Shown here: piece by piece, positions 53,988-62,957 of the stretch
How the letters are laid out: each line of letters begins with the position of its first letter
Position numbering within the stretch: the stretch's first letter is position 1
From: a virus
Reading direction: 5' to 3' (one strand)
IMG/VR virus record: IMGVR_UViG_3300030102_001905
Coordinates: 1-64,000 of that record
DNA length: 64,000 nt
Program-made: the position numbers and the translations under genes
The notes under the pieces: model-generated
What the model was told of the DNA's origin: nothing
Database searches by the model: none
The model's input: the letters and a program-made list of their open reading frames with translations, nothing else

Positions 53988-54965
53988 TTATTTATTTAGT
54001 GTTTCCTTTAATAAAGGCTTAAGCATTGCATGAACTTCTTTTAGTCCGTGCTCTTTCATTGCATCTGATATATCTTTACTTAGTGTAGGATATACACCAT
54101 GTATACCATATGTATCATGATACCTTTTAATTGCATGCTTACCTGCCTCATCATTATCAAAAACTGTTATTACCTTTTTATACTTCTTCTTCAGGTATTC
54201 TACTATGTGTGGTTTAATCATAGTATTTTCTGAGTCAGGGCTAATTACCTCAATATTATAACCTATACCTTTGAGACACATTGCATCTTTAAGTGATGAA
54301 CATATTACAAGATATGGTTTATTATATTCAAGTTGATCATACCCTTGAAGATGAGATTTAACTTTAAAGAATTTGTTCTTCTTACTCTTAGGCTGATATA
54401 TCTTATAGACATTACCATCCTTATCAAAGTAACCATAGCACCACTTGCTACCTATCTTTAACTTTTTTATACCATCTTCTTCTTCCTTAACTAGATTATA
54501 ATAATCTATAGGTTTAACATTATACTTTTCTAATATAGTTTTACCTATCCTGAAAGATAACCAAAACTTTCTATCTTCAATAGTCCAACCTCTTTCTTTG
54601 ATGTAATCTACTTTCCATCTAGCTGCTGGTTTTATCTTGATATCTTTATAATCAGATGATTTAATGTACGTATTGTAATCTTGTACTATCTTATTCATAG
54701 CCTCATGGAATTCTAGATTAAATAGTTCTTTAACTAAATCAACCTTACTCCCATTCTTACCAGTTGAGAAATCTTTAAACTTATACTGCATTATAGTTTT
54801 ATCTACATATATGCAAAAGCTTGGTGTTCTCTCATTAGGATTAAATATAGACTTAATCTTAATGTCTTGTCCTGTTAGACTTTCTGGTAGCTCTAAATAG
54901 TATTGAAATACCCACGTGCTTGGAACATCTGAACCTTCTAATACAAAGTTTTTAGTGTTAAACAT
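53988..54965 (-). CDS. DnaG/Toprim-type DNA primase (325 aa) with a Cys-less zinc-binding-domain remnant
   Basis: NPNERTPSFCIYVDKTIMQYKFKDFSTGKNG resembles H.EKTPSF.V....Y.CFGCG..G but lacks the Cys ligands. Toprim motifs are LVICSSLKDAM and ITVFDNDEAGKHA. Confidence 0.7.
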   Translation of the reverse strand: MFNTKNFVLEGSDVPSTWVFQYYLELPESLTGQDIKIKSIFNPNERTPSFCIYVDKTIMQYKFKDFSTGKNGSKVDLVKELFNLEFHEAMNKIVQDYNTYIKSSDYKDIKIKPAARWKVDYIKERGWTIEDRKFWLSFRIGKTILEKYNVKPIDYYNLVKEEEDGIKKLKIGSKWCYGYFDKDGNVYKIYQPKSKKNKFFKVKSHLQGYDQLEYNKPYLVICSSLKDAMCLKGIGYNIEVISPDSENTMIKPHIVEYLKKKYKKVITVFDNDEAGKHAIKRYHDTYGIHGVYPTLSKDISDAMKEHGLKEVHAMLKPLLKETLNK

Positions 54966-54989
54966 GATCCAAATATATTAAAAAGAAAT

Positions 54990-55011
54990 GGGCCCAGCGT
55001 TAACTGAGCCC
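54990..55011 (-). terminator. Hairpin after the SSB-like gene (candidate intrinsic terminator)
   Basis: GGGCCCAG-CGTTAA-CTGAGCCC gives 8 bp with 1 mismatch. On the minus strand it is followed by the T-rich CATTTCTTTTT, and then by TATATTTG 4 nt before the primase ATG. Confidence 0.4.
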
Positions 55012-55027
55012 ACTCTTTTGGTTTATA

Positions 55028-55702
55028 TTAGAGATCAAAGTCATCCCCTGCAGCTGCTGCAGGTTCAAATGTAGATGTTGCTACTGCCTCCTTTTTCTCT
55101 AATTTTCTTAGATGATTAGTATTATTACTGTCAAATGTAAGAAGTCTAGAACTCTCTTTGCCTACGGCTTCCAATGGAATTCCATCCTTACTCATTCTTG
55201 GTAAGAATAAATCATTATTAATATAACCTTCTTTATTTTCCCACTCACGTGCACCCAAACATGCATTGAAGAACTCACTATTAGAGAATAACTTATTGCA
55301 CTCTACCATAAAGTCTTCAATTGTTTGTGCCTCAATCTTATCAAGAGCTTCTCTTTTATCAAGAACCTCTGATAAATATACCATAGCTTTCAATACCTCT
55401 GTATCTCTAGATACTTCTCTACCGCTTGGTAATGTAGCATCTTTGTATGGATAAGGAGAGAATCTAACTCTACCAACTTGACCTTCATAACGTGGGCCAT
55501 TTGGATTATTCATATCTTTCAAGAAACCTTGAAATTCTCCTTGTACTGGCTCTGACTCAACATGCAATATAATATTGTATGCATTTACATCATATGGTGT
55601 TTGATCAAATGAAATTGAATTGATTCTAACAACTTGGTTACCTGGACCAAGAACTGGCTTAATACTGCCTGACCCTGCAGACATGTCTTTTGTACTTAAC
55701 AT
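55028..55702 (-). CDS. Putative ssDNA-binding protein (224 aa)
   Basis: The acidic/aromatic C-terminal tip ...AAAAGDDFDL is typical of SSB interaction tails. It lies between the recombination ATPase and the primase. The OB fold was not verifiable by eye. Confidence 0.4.
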   Translation of the reverse strand: MLSTKDMSAGSGSIKPVLGPGNQVVRINSISFDQTPYDVNAYNIILHVESEPVQGEFQGFLKDMNNPNGPRYEGQVGRVRFSPYPYKDATLPSGREVSRDTEVLKAMVYLSEVLDKREALDKIEAQTIEDFMVECNKLFSNSEFFNACLGAREWENKEGYINNDLFLPRMSKDGIPLEAVGKESSRLLTFDSNNTNHLRKLEKKEAVATSTFEPAAAAGDDFDL

Positions 55703-55734
55703 AATTTACTTTTTAAAATTTATTTATTAATTAA

Positions 55735-56418
55735 TTACTCTTCATATTTCTGTATGCACTCTTTCACATACTGTAGGTCATTAGGAATGAAGAAATCCTC
55801 AAACATACCCATTGGTGATTTACATGTGTTCTCTCCATTGTTTTGTGTTTCAAAACCATAGTCAAGACCATCATCATCATTTTTCTTAGCTCTACCAAAT
55901 AATACAATAGAGAATAGACCTTCCAAAGTTAAAGCATTATCAATCATTTTACCAATTGTTTTTGCTTTCACTTTCCTATTACCATTGATATCTGTTGAGT
56001 CCTCTGAATGAGTTAAGAAGAAAACTGTTAAGTCCTCTCTCAGATCTTTTGGAAGCTTTGCAACCATGGCTAAGTTGGATGCAATCTGAGTAAACTTATC
56101 ATAACCTTTCTCTTGTGCTCTATCAAAATACTCAAAAGAACTCATATATTGCCAGTCATCAACAACAATTGTTTTGACTTCTGGCATTTTATCATTAACA
56201 TGCTTCATAGCTTTAATGATACCAGCAGCTGTAGCAGCTGAAGTAAGATTACCTTTTGGGTTATCTTTACTTATTTGTGTATACTTGCTTTTCCAACCTT
56301 TAAAAGGCAAAGGTTTGTTAGCAATGTTTATAATGAAAGTCTCTTTTGGATCTAAATTTCTGATAGAGGTAGACTTTCCTGTACCTGAATCAGCAATAAC
56401 TAAAATACTTTGTGCCAT
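55735..56418 (-). CDS. Sak4-like / RecA-core P-loop ATPase (227 aa)
   Basis: N-terminal Walker A VIADSGTGKST and Walker B KTIVVDDWQ. Its size and position are typical of phage Sak4-type annealing/recombination ATPases. Confidence 0.55.
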   Translation of the reverse strand: MAQSILVIADSGTGKSTSIRNLDPKETFIINIANKPLPFKGWKSKYTQISKDNPKGNLTSAATAAGIIKAMKHVNDKMPEVKTIVVDDWQYMSSFEYFDRAQEKGYDKFTQIASNLAMVAKLPKDLREDLTVFFLTHSEDSTDINGNRKVKAKTIGKMIDNALTLEGLFSIVLFGRAKKNDDDGLDYGFETQNNGENTCKSPMGMFEDFFIPNDLQYVKECIQKYEE

Positions 56419-56966
56419 TATTTAATTAATTTATTTATTACTTTTGTTAATGTTATTATTGACTGATTAATATCTTCTAACTTATCAATCAGTTTACTAT
56501 CTTCTGAAACTATATTTTCATCAGGGTTAGGTAAGTTTGGATTTGCAAAGTCAATTATCTGACTGCCTGATCTACTTGTTACATCATTAATAACTTTCAG
56601 TTCACTTACAGGTATGATATGTCTTTGAAATCCTGAGCTAGATGTAATCATTTCATATTCATCTTTCCAATGTGGGTTATATTTTACTAGGTATAAAGTC
56701 CTTTTTGGATCTTCACTTTCATAATCTATACTCACGAACTCAGTATATATATCTTCATTTTTCTCAAGTTCACTTGGAAAGAATGATACATGTAAGTCAT
56801 CTTTACCTGTTGGCCTGTAAGCCATCTTAGGTATATATAGTGCATTTATCTTACCTTCTGTTTGAAAGTAATCCTCATGCTCTTCTTTTAATTTTGCAAC
56901 TTTTACTTTGCGTTGCTCTGGTGTTAGTCCCATCTTATTTTTATTTATGTTCTTAGTATTTATCAT
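56418..56966 (-). CDS. Hypothetical protein (182 aa)
   Basis: Track ORF with ATG/stop overlaps to both neighbours. Confidence 0.7.
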   Translation of the reverse strand: MINTKNINKNKMGLTPEQRKVKVAKLKEEHEDYFQTEGKINALYIPKMAYRPTGKDDLHVSFFPSELEKNEDIYTEFVSIDYESEDPKRTLYLVKYNPHWKDEYEMITSSSGFQRHIIPVSELKVINDVTSRSGSQIIDFANPNLPNPDENIVSEDSKLIDKLEDINQSIITLTKVINKLIK

Positions 56967-57919
56967 CTTCTTTCTTGTTGTCCTGGAGTTGGCATCTCTT
57001 CTATTTGCATTTGTTCAAACTTTGCTCTAAAGAATGACATTCTTGCATCACCATTTCTGGCTTTTAAGAAGTGTAATACCAATGTCCTATCATTTTCAAT
57101 TATATATCTATCAGGACCATAGTATCTAATCTTCTGCTTTGCTGGCCTGTTAATACCTATTAAAGTATCAGCATGCTGTAGCATTGCATCTGAGCCAAAT
57201 ATGTCTGACTCAAGAATATAGTTACCATACTTGCCATCTATAGCTCTATCTGGATTATCAATGTTACGGTTTAACTGTGATAAACAAATAAACAAACACG
57301 GATAGTCCCTCTTACACTGTGTAAAGAATTCACCTAACTCAAATAGCATATCTAATGTACTATTCTGATATGGTGCTCTCTTAACAAGCATACTATGGTC
57401 TAATGTTACCATTGTTGGTATACCCTTATGATGGTTCATATATCTATCTATCTGTTCACGCATTTGATTTACAGTCATAGGTGTAGATACAATATCTACA
57501 GGATACTTAACTCTTTCTTTTGCATATAAATGACATTGATTTAATACATCTGAAGAAAGTGTTGACCCTGCACTACATAGTTCTTTATAGGTTTTACCTG
57601 TAATAGAACTAAACTCTCTAATAGCTGAGGTTCTTCCTACCATCTCAAACTGAAATTCTAAAACTCTGAACTTATCATTTGGATTAAGTAAGAATGATTC
57701 CCTTACTATCTGATCTTTTATTAGTGTTTTACCTGAGCCAGGTCTACCACCAATAACAGTTAGTGTATTCCATTCTAAACCATCAGTAGTAGCATCATTG
57801 AACTTTGGCCAGGGTGTATATATAGATTTTTCCTCACCGGTAGATCTAGCATACATATATTTAAGTGCCTCATTAAAGGCTGCATATTGTCCAATCCATG
57901 CATCTGTGGTTTTTTTCAT
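56963..57919 (-). CDS. DnaB-like replicative helicase, RecA-fold C-terminal domain (318 aa)
   Basis: Walker A IGGRPGSGKTL, VTLDHS Walker B-like, and the DnaB motif LSQLNRNIDNPDR. Confidence 0.75.
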   Translation of the reverse strand: MKKTTDAWIGQYAAFNEALKYMYARSTGEEKSIYTPWPKFNDATTDGLEWNTLTVIGGRPGSGKTLIKDQIVRESFLLNPNDKFRVLEFQFEMVGRTSAIREFSSITGKTYKELCSAGSTLSSDVLNQCHLYAKERVKYPVDIVSTPMTVNQMREQIDRYMNHHKGIPTMVTLDHSMLVKRAPYQNSTLDMLFELGEFFTQCKRDYPCLFICLSQLNRNIDNPDRAIDGKYGNYILESDIFGSDAMLQHADTLIGINRPAKQKIRYYGPDRYIIENDRTLVLHFLKARNGDARMSFFRAKFEQMQIEEMPTPGQQERR

Positions 57920-58506
57920 ACAACGTTTTCTTTAAAGTGTTCATCTTCTGTATTGATACCTTCTAGTATCATATCACAGTAGTCAGCTAATGTAGAATGC
58001 TTTACTCTATGCTTATCTTGTTTGCATATGAAGTACTGACTAGTTTGCATATACATATACTCTTTGTCTCTGTATTCATTTACATACATTTTAGTAGCAT
58101 TTATTATATCATCCCATGTGTAATCATATGTTTCAAAGAACCATCTAAATGCTTCACCAAGAGCTTTTACATTATTCCTTGCTGGTTTACCACTAGGTAG
58201 TTTCTTAGCAGGGAATATCTCTCTGTATGCATTTATCTTATCTACATGATTCTTACCCATAAGCTGGATATCAGTCTTCTTCTTAGCTTTTATAAAATAA
58301 TTATCAAGTGACACTATCAGAAGCTTAGCTTCTCTTGTCAGTGTATATTGTCCATCTTCTAGGTTTAAATATCCTAAGTTTACTAATTCAGTTTTATCTT
58401 TATCAGTTGTCTTGGGCAATGAAACGCCTTGCTTCATCCCAAATAGGATCAGAACTTGATTTGGACTTAAGTTTCTCTTTAAGATTCTTTGGAATAGTTC
58501 CCACAT
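57916..58506 (-). CDS. Hypothetical protein, possible replication-organiser/helicase-loader partner (196 aa)
   Basis: Track ORF upstream of the helicase (ATGA overlap). The N-terminal wHTH-like segment is only an impression. It overlaps the upstream ORF by 35-104 nt depending on the start used. Confidence 0.55.
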   Translation of the reverse strand: MWELFQRILKRNLSPNQVLILFGMKQGVSLPKTTDKDKTELVNLGYLNLEDGQYTLTREAKLLIVSLDNYFIKAKKKTDIQLMGKNHVDKINAYREIFPAKKLPSGKPARNNVKALGEAFRWFFETYDYTWDDIINATKMYVNEYRDKEYMYMQTSQYFICKQDKHRVKHSTLADYCDMILEGINTEDEHFKENVV

Positions 58507-58912
58507 CTTGTAAAATTTGTTTTAATATTTCTCTATAAGCATACAAGAAATCTTTATCTTCTGCAAAGAAGAAGTTCTCAGCCTGCCTAATAGCATTTAT
58601 TATTGAGGCATGATTTTTTCTTAAATGAGTTGCTATATAGTTTTTCCTGTGACCATCTACCCAAGCTAATTGACACATTGCTTGATAATAACCCATGAAT
58701 CTTCTAAGTCTAACTCTATCTTTCATAGACTTAATATGTTTTAGATCAGGATTATTTTTGATAAATGCTTTGTATGTACAGCGTTCAAGTAGGTTAAGAT
58801 CTATTTTATATTGTGATTCCTTTGGTAAGAATACATATACATCAACACCATGTTCTGTTTTGAACTGACGTTTGAACGCTTCTATTGCACTATGTTTCTG
58901 ATAATCAGACAT
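58403..58912 (-). CDS. Hypothetical protein with a DnaA domain IV-like HTH (169 aa)
   Basis: RLRRFMGYYQAMCQLAWVDG...YIATHLRKNHASIINAIRQAENF resembles DnaA C-terminal R..I..ARQIAMYL......IG..FG.RDHTTV.HA..KI. Confidence 0.35.
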   Translation of the reverse strand: MSDYQKHSAIEAFKRQFKTEHGVDVYVFLPKESQYKIDLNLLERCTYKAFIKNNPDLKHIKSMKDRVRLRRFMGYYQAMCQLAWVDGHRKNYIATHLRKNHASIINAIRQAENFFFAEDKDFLYAYREILKQILQDVGTIPKNLKEKLKSKSSSDPIWDEARRFIAQDN

Positions 58913-58950
58913 TTATATGTTGGTTTTGAGGTTTATAAATATAGGAAAAA

Positions 58951-59670
58951 TTACCAAGTTATACAAGTTCTATCTTGCTTTTTTAGGATTTCATTTGCCT
59001 TATTAAAGACATCATTACAATCCCATTCTCCACCTCTATATGCAGCTGATGCTGGGTGAGCACATTTTAGAACTTTACAATTTGTTAAATAGGTTTGCCA
59101 TTCCTCTGCTTTCTTACCCATAAGGATAAAAATAGTATCAGGACAACATCTATTTAATCCTTCAAACAAATACTCATCAAAACTTTTCCATAAATGATAA
59201 TGTGATCCAATCTTATTGACCTCTACAGTTAGTGCTGTATTTATTAATAGCACACCCTGGTTAGCCCAACGTCTTAAGTCACATTCTTCTGGTGTATACA
59301 TAACTCTTCCTGTCTCAGTATAATCACCAATGGTTTGTTTTAGTATGTATTGTAAGGATTTTTCTGCTTTTCCTTTGTTGGAGCAACTAAATGCTATACC
59401 ATCAGCCACTCCAAGCTGAGGATACGGGTCTTGTCCTACCATGACAACCTTAAGATCATCATATGGACACTCTTTAAATGCATTAAATATGTTTTTAAAT
59501 TTTGGGGTAAATCTTTTACCTTGATTAACATTATCTACTAAAGCATTTACTATATAGTCAAAGTTCAAACCATTCACATAAGGTGATAACATCTTGTCCC
59601 AACCTGATGATTCCAGTTTTTCATTTAAATTTTCTCTTAATTTTACTATGTCAACGCTAATTTTTTCCAT
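58951..59670 (-). CDS. ung: Family 1 uracil-DNA glycosylase (239 aa)
   Basis: KVVMVGQDPYPQ (GQDPY water-activating loop), GVLLINTALTV and CAHPASAAY (HPSP-type loop). Confidence 0.8.
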   Translation of the reverse strand: MEKISVDIVKLRENLNEKLESSGWDKMLSPYVNGLNFDYIVNALVDNVNQGKRFTPKFKNIFNAFKECPYDDLKVVMVGQDPYPQLGVADGIAFSCSNKGKAEKSLQYILKQTIGDYTETGRVMYTPEECDLRRWANQGVLLINTALTVEVNKIGSHYHLWKSFDEYLFEGLNRCCPDTIFILMGKKAEEWQTYLTNCKVLKCAHPASAAYRGGEWDCNDVFNKANEILKKQDRTCITW

Positions 59671-59695
59671 ATATTTGTTTTAAATTACTATAATT

Positions 59696-60169
59696 ATGTC
59701 AGAAAATACTAGAAAGCAGCAAATAGACTCTTATAACTTTGATAAAGATATGAAGGGTCTAGTTATTAATCCTAGATATATTATTGGTCTTCAGCAAATT
59801 GTATCAAAATTAATTCTTGACGCCTCTGAAGAACAGCAGATGCAGATTCCTGACATTATAGCTAAGATTGAAAAAATACTTACATATACTGCTGAGGGTA
59901 AAGAAATAACAGATGACATGAGTCTTAGTAATGACTTTGAAAGACACCTATATTTCTTAATGTCCCTAATTCAATATTTTAGATATGAAGCAAGAGAGCA
60001 AGGTCTAGTCAAAAAAGTTGATGTTGATTTACCTCCTGATCTACTTGAAACTATAACAGCAAATGCTAAAGCTATTAATGAAGGTAATAAAGATCAAGAC
60101 TTACTTGATACTGAAGCCTGGAAAAAGATAGTTGATATAGCAGATAAAATTGGTGTAAGCTCATCTTAA
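59696..60169 (+). CDS. Hypothetical protein (157 aa), the only + strand gene inside the minus-strand block
   Basis: Track ORF. TATATTTG (59670-59677) lies 18 nt upstream. The 3' end overlaps the convergent ORF by 9 nt. Confidence 0.6.
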   Translation: MSENTRKQQIDSYNFDKDMKGLVINPRYIIGLQQIVSKLILDASEEQQMQIPDIIAKIEKILTYTAEGKEITDDMSLSNDFERHLYFLMSLIQYFRYEAREQGLVKKVDVDLPPDLLETITANAKAINEGNKDQDLLDTEAWKKIVDIADKIGVSSS

Positions 60170-60544
60170 TTGCATACCACTAAAGTCTCCTATTTCTAAG
60201 GCTGCTTGTATAGCTAAGTTTAATTCTTCTTTATCACATTTAGCAAAGGATTTACAAAACTCTACATTATTTTTAACAAAGCATAGTCCTGCTCTACGTT
60301 TTACTTGTAGTTTTACCTCTTCAAATGTATGACCTATTTCATTAGCTATCTCTCTTATCATAGCATGAACTCTAGCTAACTGCGGGTTACTACCCTTACC
60401 ATCATTCACTCCTATGAATATATCTAGCCTTACGCTTTCAGGCTGCTCTTTGAGAAAGTTTTTAAACTTTAACTCATAAGCTTTTATAGGGAAATGTAAT
60501 TCACCATCCTTCACACGTGCCTCTACAAACAATTGATCTTTCAT
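60161..60544 (-). CDS. Hypothetical protein (127 aa from the internal Met), weak NinB/Orf-like pattern
   Basis: The ATG at 60544 forms an ATGA overlap with the stop of the upstream 60-aa ORF. The N-terminal 21 aa of the track ORF look non-coding. SNPQLARVHAMIREIANEIG...CKSFAKCDKEEL loosely resembles lambda NinB. Confidence 0.5.
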   Translation of the reverse strand: MKDQLFVEARVKDGELHFPIKAYELKFKNFLKEQPESVRLDIFIGVNDGKGSNPQLARVHAMIREIANEIGHTFEEVKLQVKRRAGLCFVKNNVEFCKSFAKCDKEELNLAIQAALEIGDFSGMQLR

Positions 60545-60723
60545 AGTGTACAGTGTGAGAATAAAGCAATTAATATAAAACAAACAAGGCAACCCACGAT
60601 GCTCCATCCAGCCACCTTTTCAGTTTGTTCCACCCGAAATTTGGATCTGCCTTGTCTGTATTTTTTGTCTTCTTCTGTCATTTTTAAATATTCTTTTGCG
60701 TTATTATAAAAGTGTTTCATCAC
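60541..60723 (-). CDS. Small membrane protein (60 aa)
   Basis: C-terminal TM helix WSIVGCLVCFILIALF. Coupled to neighbours. Confidence 0.5.
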   Translation of the reverse strand: MMKHFYNNAKEYLKMTEEDKKYRQGRSKFRVEQTEKVAGWSIVGCLVCFILIALFSHCTL

Positions 60724-60865
60724 ATATGTTTTTTATCTCATTTAATAAGATAATAGCTGTATCCAGCTTCCTTCCATCAGAACTTGGGTGTATATCAATA
60801 TCAATCAGCATATCTAATGCGTGATTAATCTTGAGACACACCAAGTTTTTCACATGTTCATCCAT
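60704..60865 (-). CDS. Hypothetical miniprotein (53 aa from MDEHVKN...)
   Basis: The ATG at 60865 overlaps the stop of the upstream 48-aa ORF (TAATG). Confidence 0.45.
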   Translation of the reverse strand: MDEHVKNLVCLKINHALDMLIDIDIHPSSDGRKLDTAIILLNEIKNICDETLL

Positions 60866-61011
60866 TATCTTCTGTTTTCTAGATCCCAATCCCAACTATA
60901 ATCTGGGTCATGTGGATCTAATTCTGTAGACGGGGCTTTTACCCATCTACCATTCTCTAATATATACTTTGTTCCTTTGATTGTTCTTTCTTTTTTTTCA
61001 TTATGGTTCAT
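60865..61011 (-). CDS. Hypothetical miniprotein (48 aa, MNHNEKKERTIKGTKYILENGRWVKAPSTELDPHDPDYSWDWDLENRR)
   Basis: Hand-translated. Its start overlaps the end of the acidic 90-aa ORF. Confidence 0.4.
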   Translation of the reverse strand: MNHNEKKERTIKGTKYILENGRWVKAPSTELDPHDPDYSWDWDLENRR

Positions 61012-61273
61012 TATCTTCAATGATTTGTTCTTCTATACTATCTAAATCTATATGAGGTTCAAGTACATCTAGAATATCTACATATACTTGAGACCCATTC
61101 TTATCTTCAACTACAGCATATGCTGCTGTAACTGTAACGTCTGGCCCTGTTGGAGGCACTCCAGGATCTCCATTAGGATACGTGTGTATTCCTGGATCTC
61201 CTGCTTCATAAGTATAATGGAACTCTACTTCAGTTCCTTCTACGTCAATTTCTATTGTTCCTTTTGTTGTCAT
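61001..61273 (-). CDS. Highly acidic small protein (90 aa)
   Basis: Track ORF. Asp/Glu-rich throughout (…EIDVEGTEVEF…VVEDKNGSQVYVDILDVLEPHIDLDSIEEQIIEDNEP). Confidence 0.6.
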   Translation of the reverse strand: MTTKGTIEIDVEGTEVEFHYTYEAGDPGIHTYPNGDPGVPPTGPDVTVTAAYAVVEDKNGSQVYVDILDVLEPHIDLDSIEEQIIEDNEP

Positions 61274-61422
61274 CCTACTAAAAGTATTACACCCATAACT
61301 AATATCATAGCTATAAATATTATACCTACTATATTAACTATTTGCATTTCCATTTCTTTTTTTCTCCTACGCTCTGCCAATGTTATATAACGCTTGGGAA
61401 CTTTTTTAAATATATTTCTCAT
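61270..61422 (-). CDS. Small membrane protein (50 aa, MRNIFKKVPKRYITLAERRRKKEMEMQIVNIVGIIFIAMILVMGVILLVG)
   Basis: Hand-translated. TGATG overlap with the upstream ORF and ATGA overlap with the downstream ORF. Basic N-terminus plus one TM helix. Confidence 0.5.
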   Translation of the reverse strand: MRNIFKKVPKRYITLAERRRKKEMEMQIVNIVGIIFIAMILVMGVILLVG

Positions 61423-61655
61423 CATTTAAATCTTTTACTTCCATTTACATATACATATTCTACACCGCAAGCTTCACAGATTGCAGTACTTTCATTCCTA
61501 ACTATAACTGGTGTATCACAATTGCTACAACCTTCTTCTGGTGCAGATATAAACTCTTCACAAGTTTGTCTAGCAAGTTCTTGTATGTGTGCATCATAAT
61601 CACCATTATATTCATGCTCTATCATTTGCATGTATATTTCTTTCATTTTTCCCAT
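61422..61655 (-). CDS. Zinc-ribbon miniprotein (77 aa)
   Basis: GCSNCDT...(x14)...CEACG gives two CxxC knuckles. Confidence 0.6.
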   Translation of the reverse strand: MGKMKEIYMQMIEHEYNGDYDAHIQELARQTCEEFISAPEEGCSNCDTPVIVRNESTAICEACGVEYVYVNGSKRFK

Positions 61656-61657
61656 AA

Positions 61658-62788
61658 TTATCTATTTAGTGGATTATACCTTTGAATTTTATTACTATCA
61701 AATGAATTTAAAGCTTGATCAACCCATCTTTCATCTTGTGTTCCTTTGTAACACAATATGTGACATACTGCTGTCTCAGTTGGATTTAGCCTTAGTAATC
61801 TACCTATACGTTGTGCAGTCTTACGTTCATTACCATATGCATGCATAATAATCCCCTGTTTTAAGTTGGGTATTGTAACACCTTCTGATAATTGTAACAC
61901 ACAAGATAATTTATCTATCCTACCGTCAGAGAATAACTCAAGGTTCTCCTCTGACTTAGGATTCTGAGAATGATAACTATGCTTACATATTCTGTCTGCT
62001 TGTTTCTGAGTATTTGCAAATACAATACACTTAGTGGAAATGTTACTGATCATACTCTTTACATAGCTCTCTTTACTTGTATAGTCCATTAATGCTCTCA
62101 TACGCATGATTCTAGCAAACTGTATTTGCTTTTGAGTCTGTGCTTCCCTGCATCTTGACGTTACATAGTCATAATCTTTCTTCTCAGATGTATACCAAAA
62201 GCCACCGGCTTTGTTCTTTTTCTTTAAAGTTGGTAGTTTAGATAACTCTAACTCATGTACAATAATCTTATAGTCATTTAATATCTTTGAGTCAGTAGCT
62301 TTATCTACATTGAATAGGTATTTCATGGGACAATACTTTTGCACAAGTCTACCCTTTTCTGAGTTCTTATGCTTAGGTGGTGTCCCTGTTAAGCCTAATA
62401 TCTTACCAGAGAACTGGTTTAAGAATGTCTCATGAGACTCTTTTAGGCTGTGGCATTCATCTAAATATACTATATCATAATCATTTGGATTATGTTTATT
62501 AAGTGATAGATAAGTAGTGAATGTAATATGATCTAATAGATCACTGTATTTTGTGCTAATATTTAGTTCATCTATCCAGCTGTCTCTGATAGAGAGTTTT
62601 GGTACTACAACTAGTGCACATATAAGAGGGTTATAATTACTGTAAAGATGTTCAATAGCAATACGTGTTTTACCAACACCCATTGATATACCCAAGCCAC
62701 ATCTTTTATTTGCTAATGCAACTTTAAGTGCATCAGATTGGACTATATCCCTATTAGAAACATTATCCAATGTATTAGGTTGTACCAT
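61658..62788 (-). CDS. Superfamily 2 (DEAH/SNF2-like) helicase (376 aa)
   Basis: Motif I SMGVGKTRIA, motif II VYLDECHS, motif III LGLTGTP, motif VI AQRIGRLLR. Confidence 0.75.
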   Translation of the reverse strand: MVQPNTLDNVSNRDIVQSDALKVALANKRCGLGISMGVGKTRIAIEHLYSNYNPLICALVVVPKLSIRDSWIDELNISTKYSDLLDHITFTTYLSLNKHNPNDYDIVYLDECHSLKESHETFLNQFSGKILGLTGTPPKHKNSEKGRLVQKYCPMKYLFNVDKATDSKILNDYKIIVHELELSKLPTLKKKNKAGGFWYTSEKKDYDYVTSRCREAQTQKQIQFARIMRMRALMDYTSKESYVKSMISNISTKCIVFANTQKQADRICKHSYHSQNPKSEENLELFSDGRIDKLSCVLQLSEGVTIPNLKQGIIMHAYGNERKTAQRIGRLLRLNPTETAVCHILCYKGTQDERWVDQALNSFDSNKIQRYNPLNR

Positions 62789-62880
62789 ATAAATATTGTT
62801 ATTCCTGTTATTAATGACCAGGCTAATATCCTTATCATTATAATTTTAGTTCTTTTGTTCATATCATTTCTTTTCCAAGG

Positions 62881-62954
62881 TGCACCCTACAGGGCTTGAA
62901 CCTGTGACCTACCGGTTATGAGCCGGTTGCTCTGACCAACTGAGCTAAGAGTGC
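62881..62954 (-). tRNA. tRNA-Met (anticodon CAT; elongator or Ile2-type)
   Basis: The minus-strand sequence GCACTCT-TA-GCTC-AGTTGGTCA-GAGC-A-ACCGG-CTCATAA-CCGGT-AGGTC-ACAGG-TTCAAGC-CCTGT-AGGGTGC-A folds as a canonical cloverleaf. G1-C72 are paired, and there are no 3 G-C pairs at the base of the anticodon stem, so it is not an initiator. Confidence 0.85.
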
Positions 62955-62957
62955 AAG

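Noticed and set aside
57916-58912. The 35-104-nt out-of-frame overlap between ORFs 58403-58912 and 57916-58506, considered as a programmed frameshift fusion.
   Set aside because: I could find no slippery sequence in the overlap. Ordinary overlapping phage genes, or a downstream start (Met24), is the simpler explanation.
60545-60895. N-terminal extensions of track ORFs 60161-60607 and 60704-60895.
   Set aside because: Internal ATGs at 60544 and 60865 form ATGA/TAATG overlaps with upstream stops, giving a consistent coupled-gene chain. The extensions overlap the upstream ORFs out of frame.
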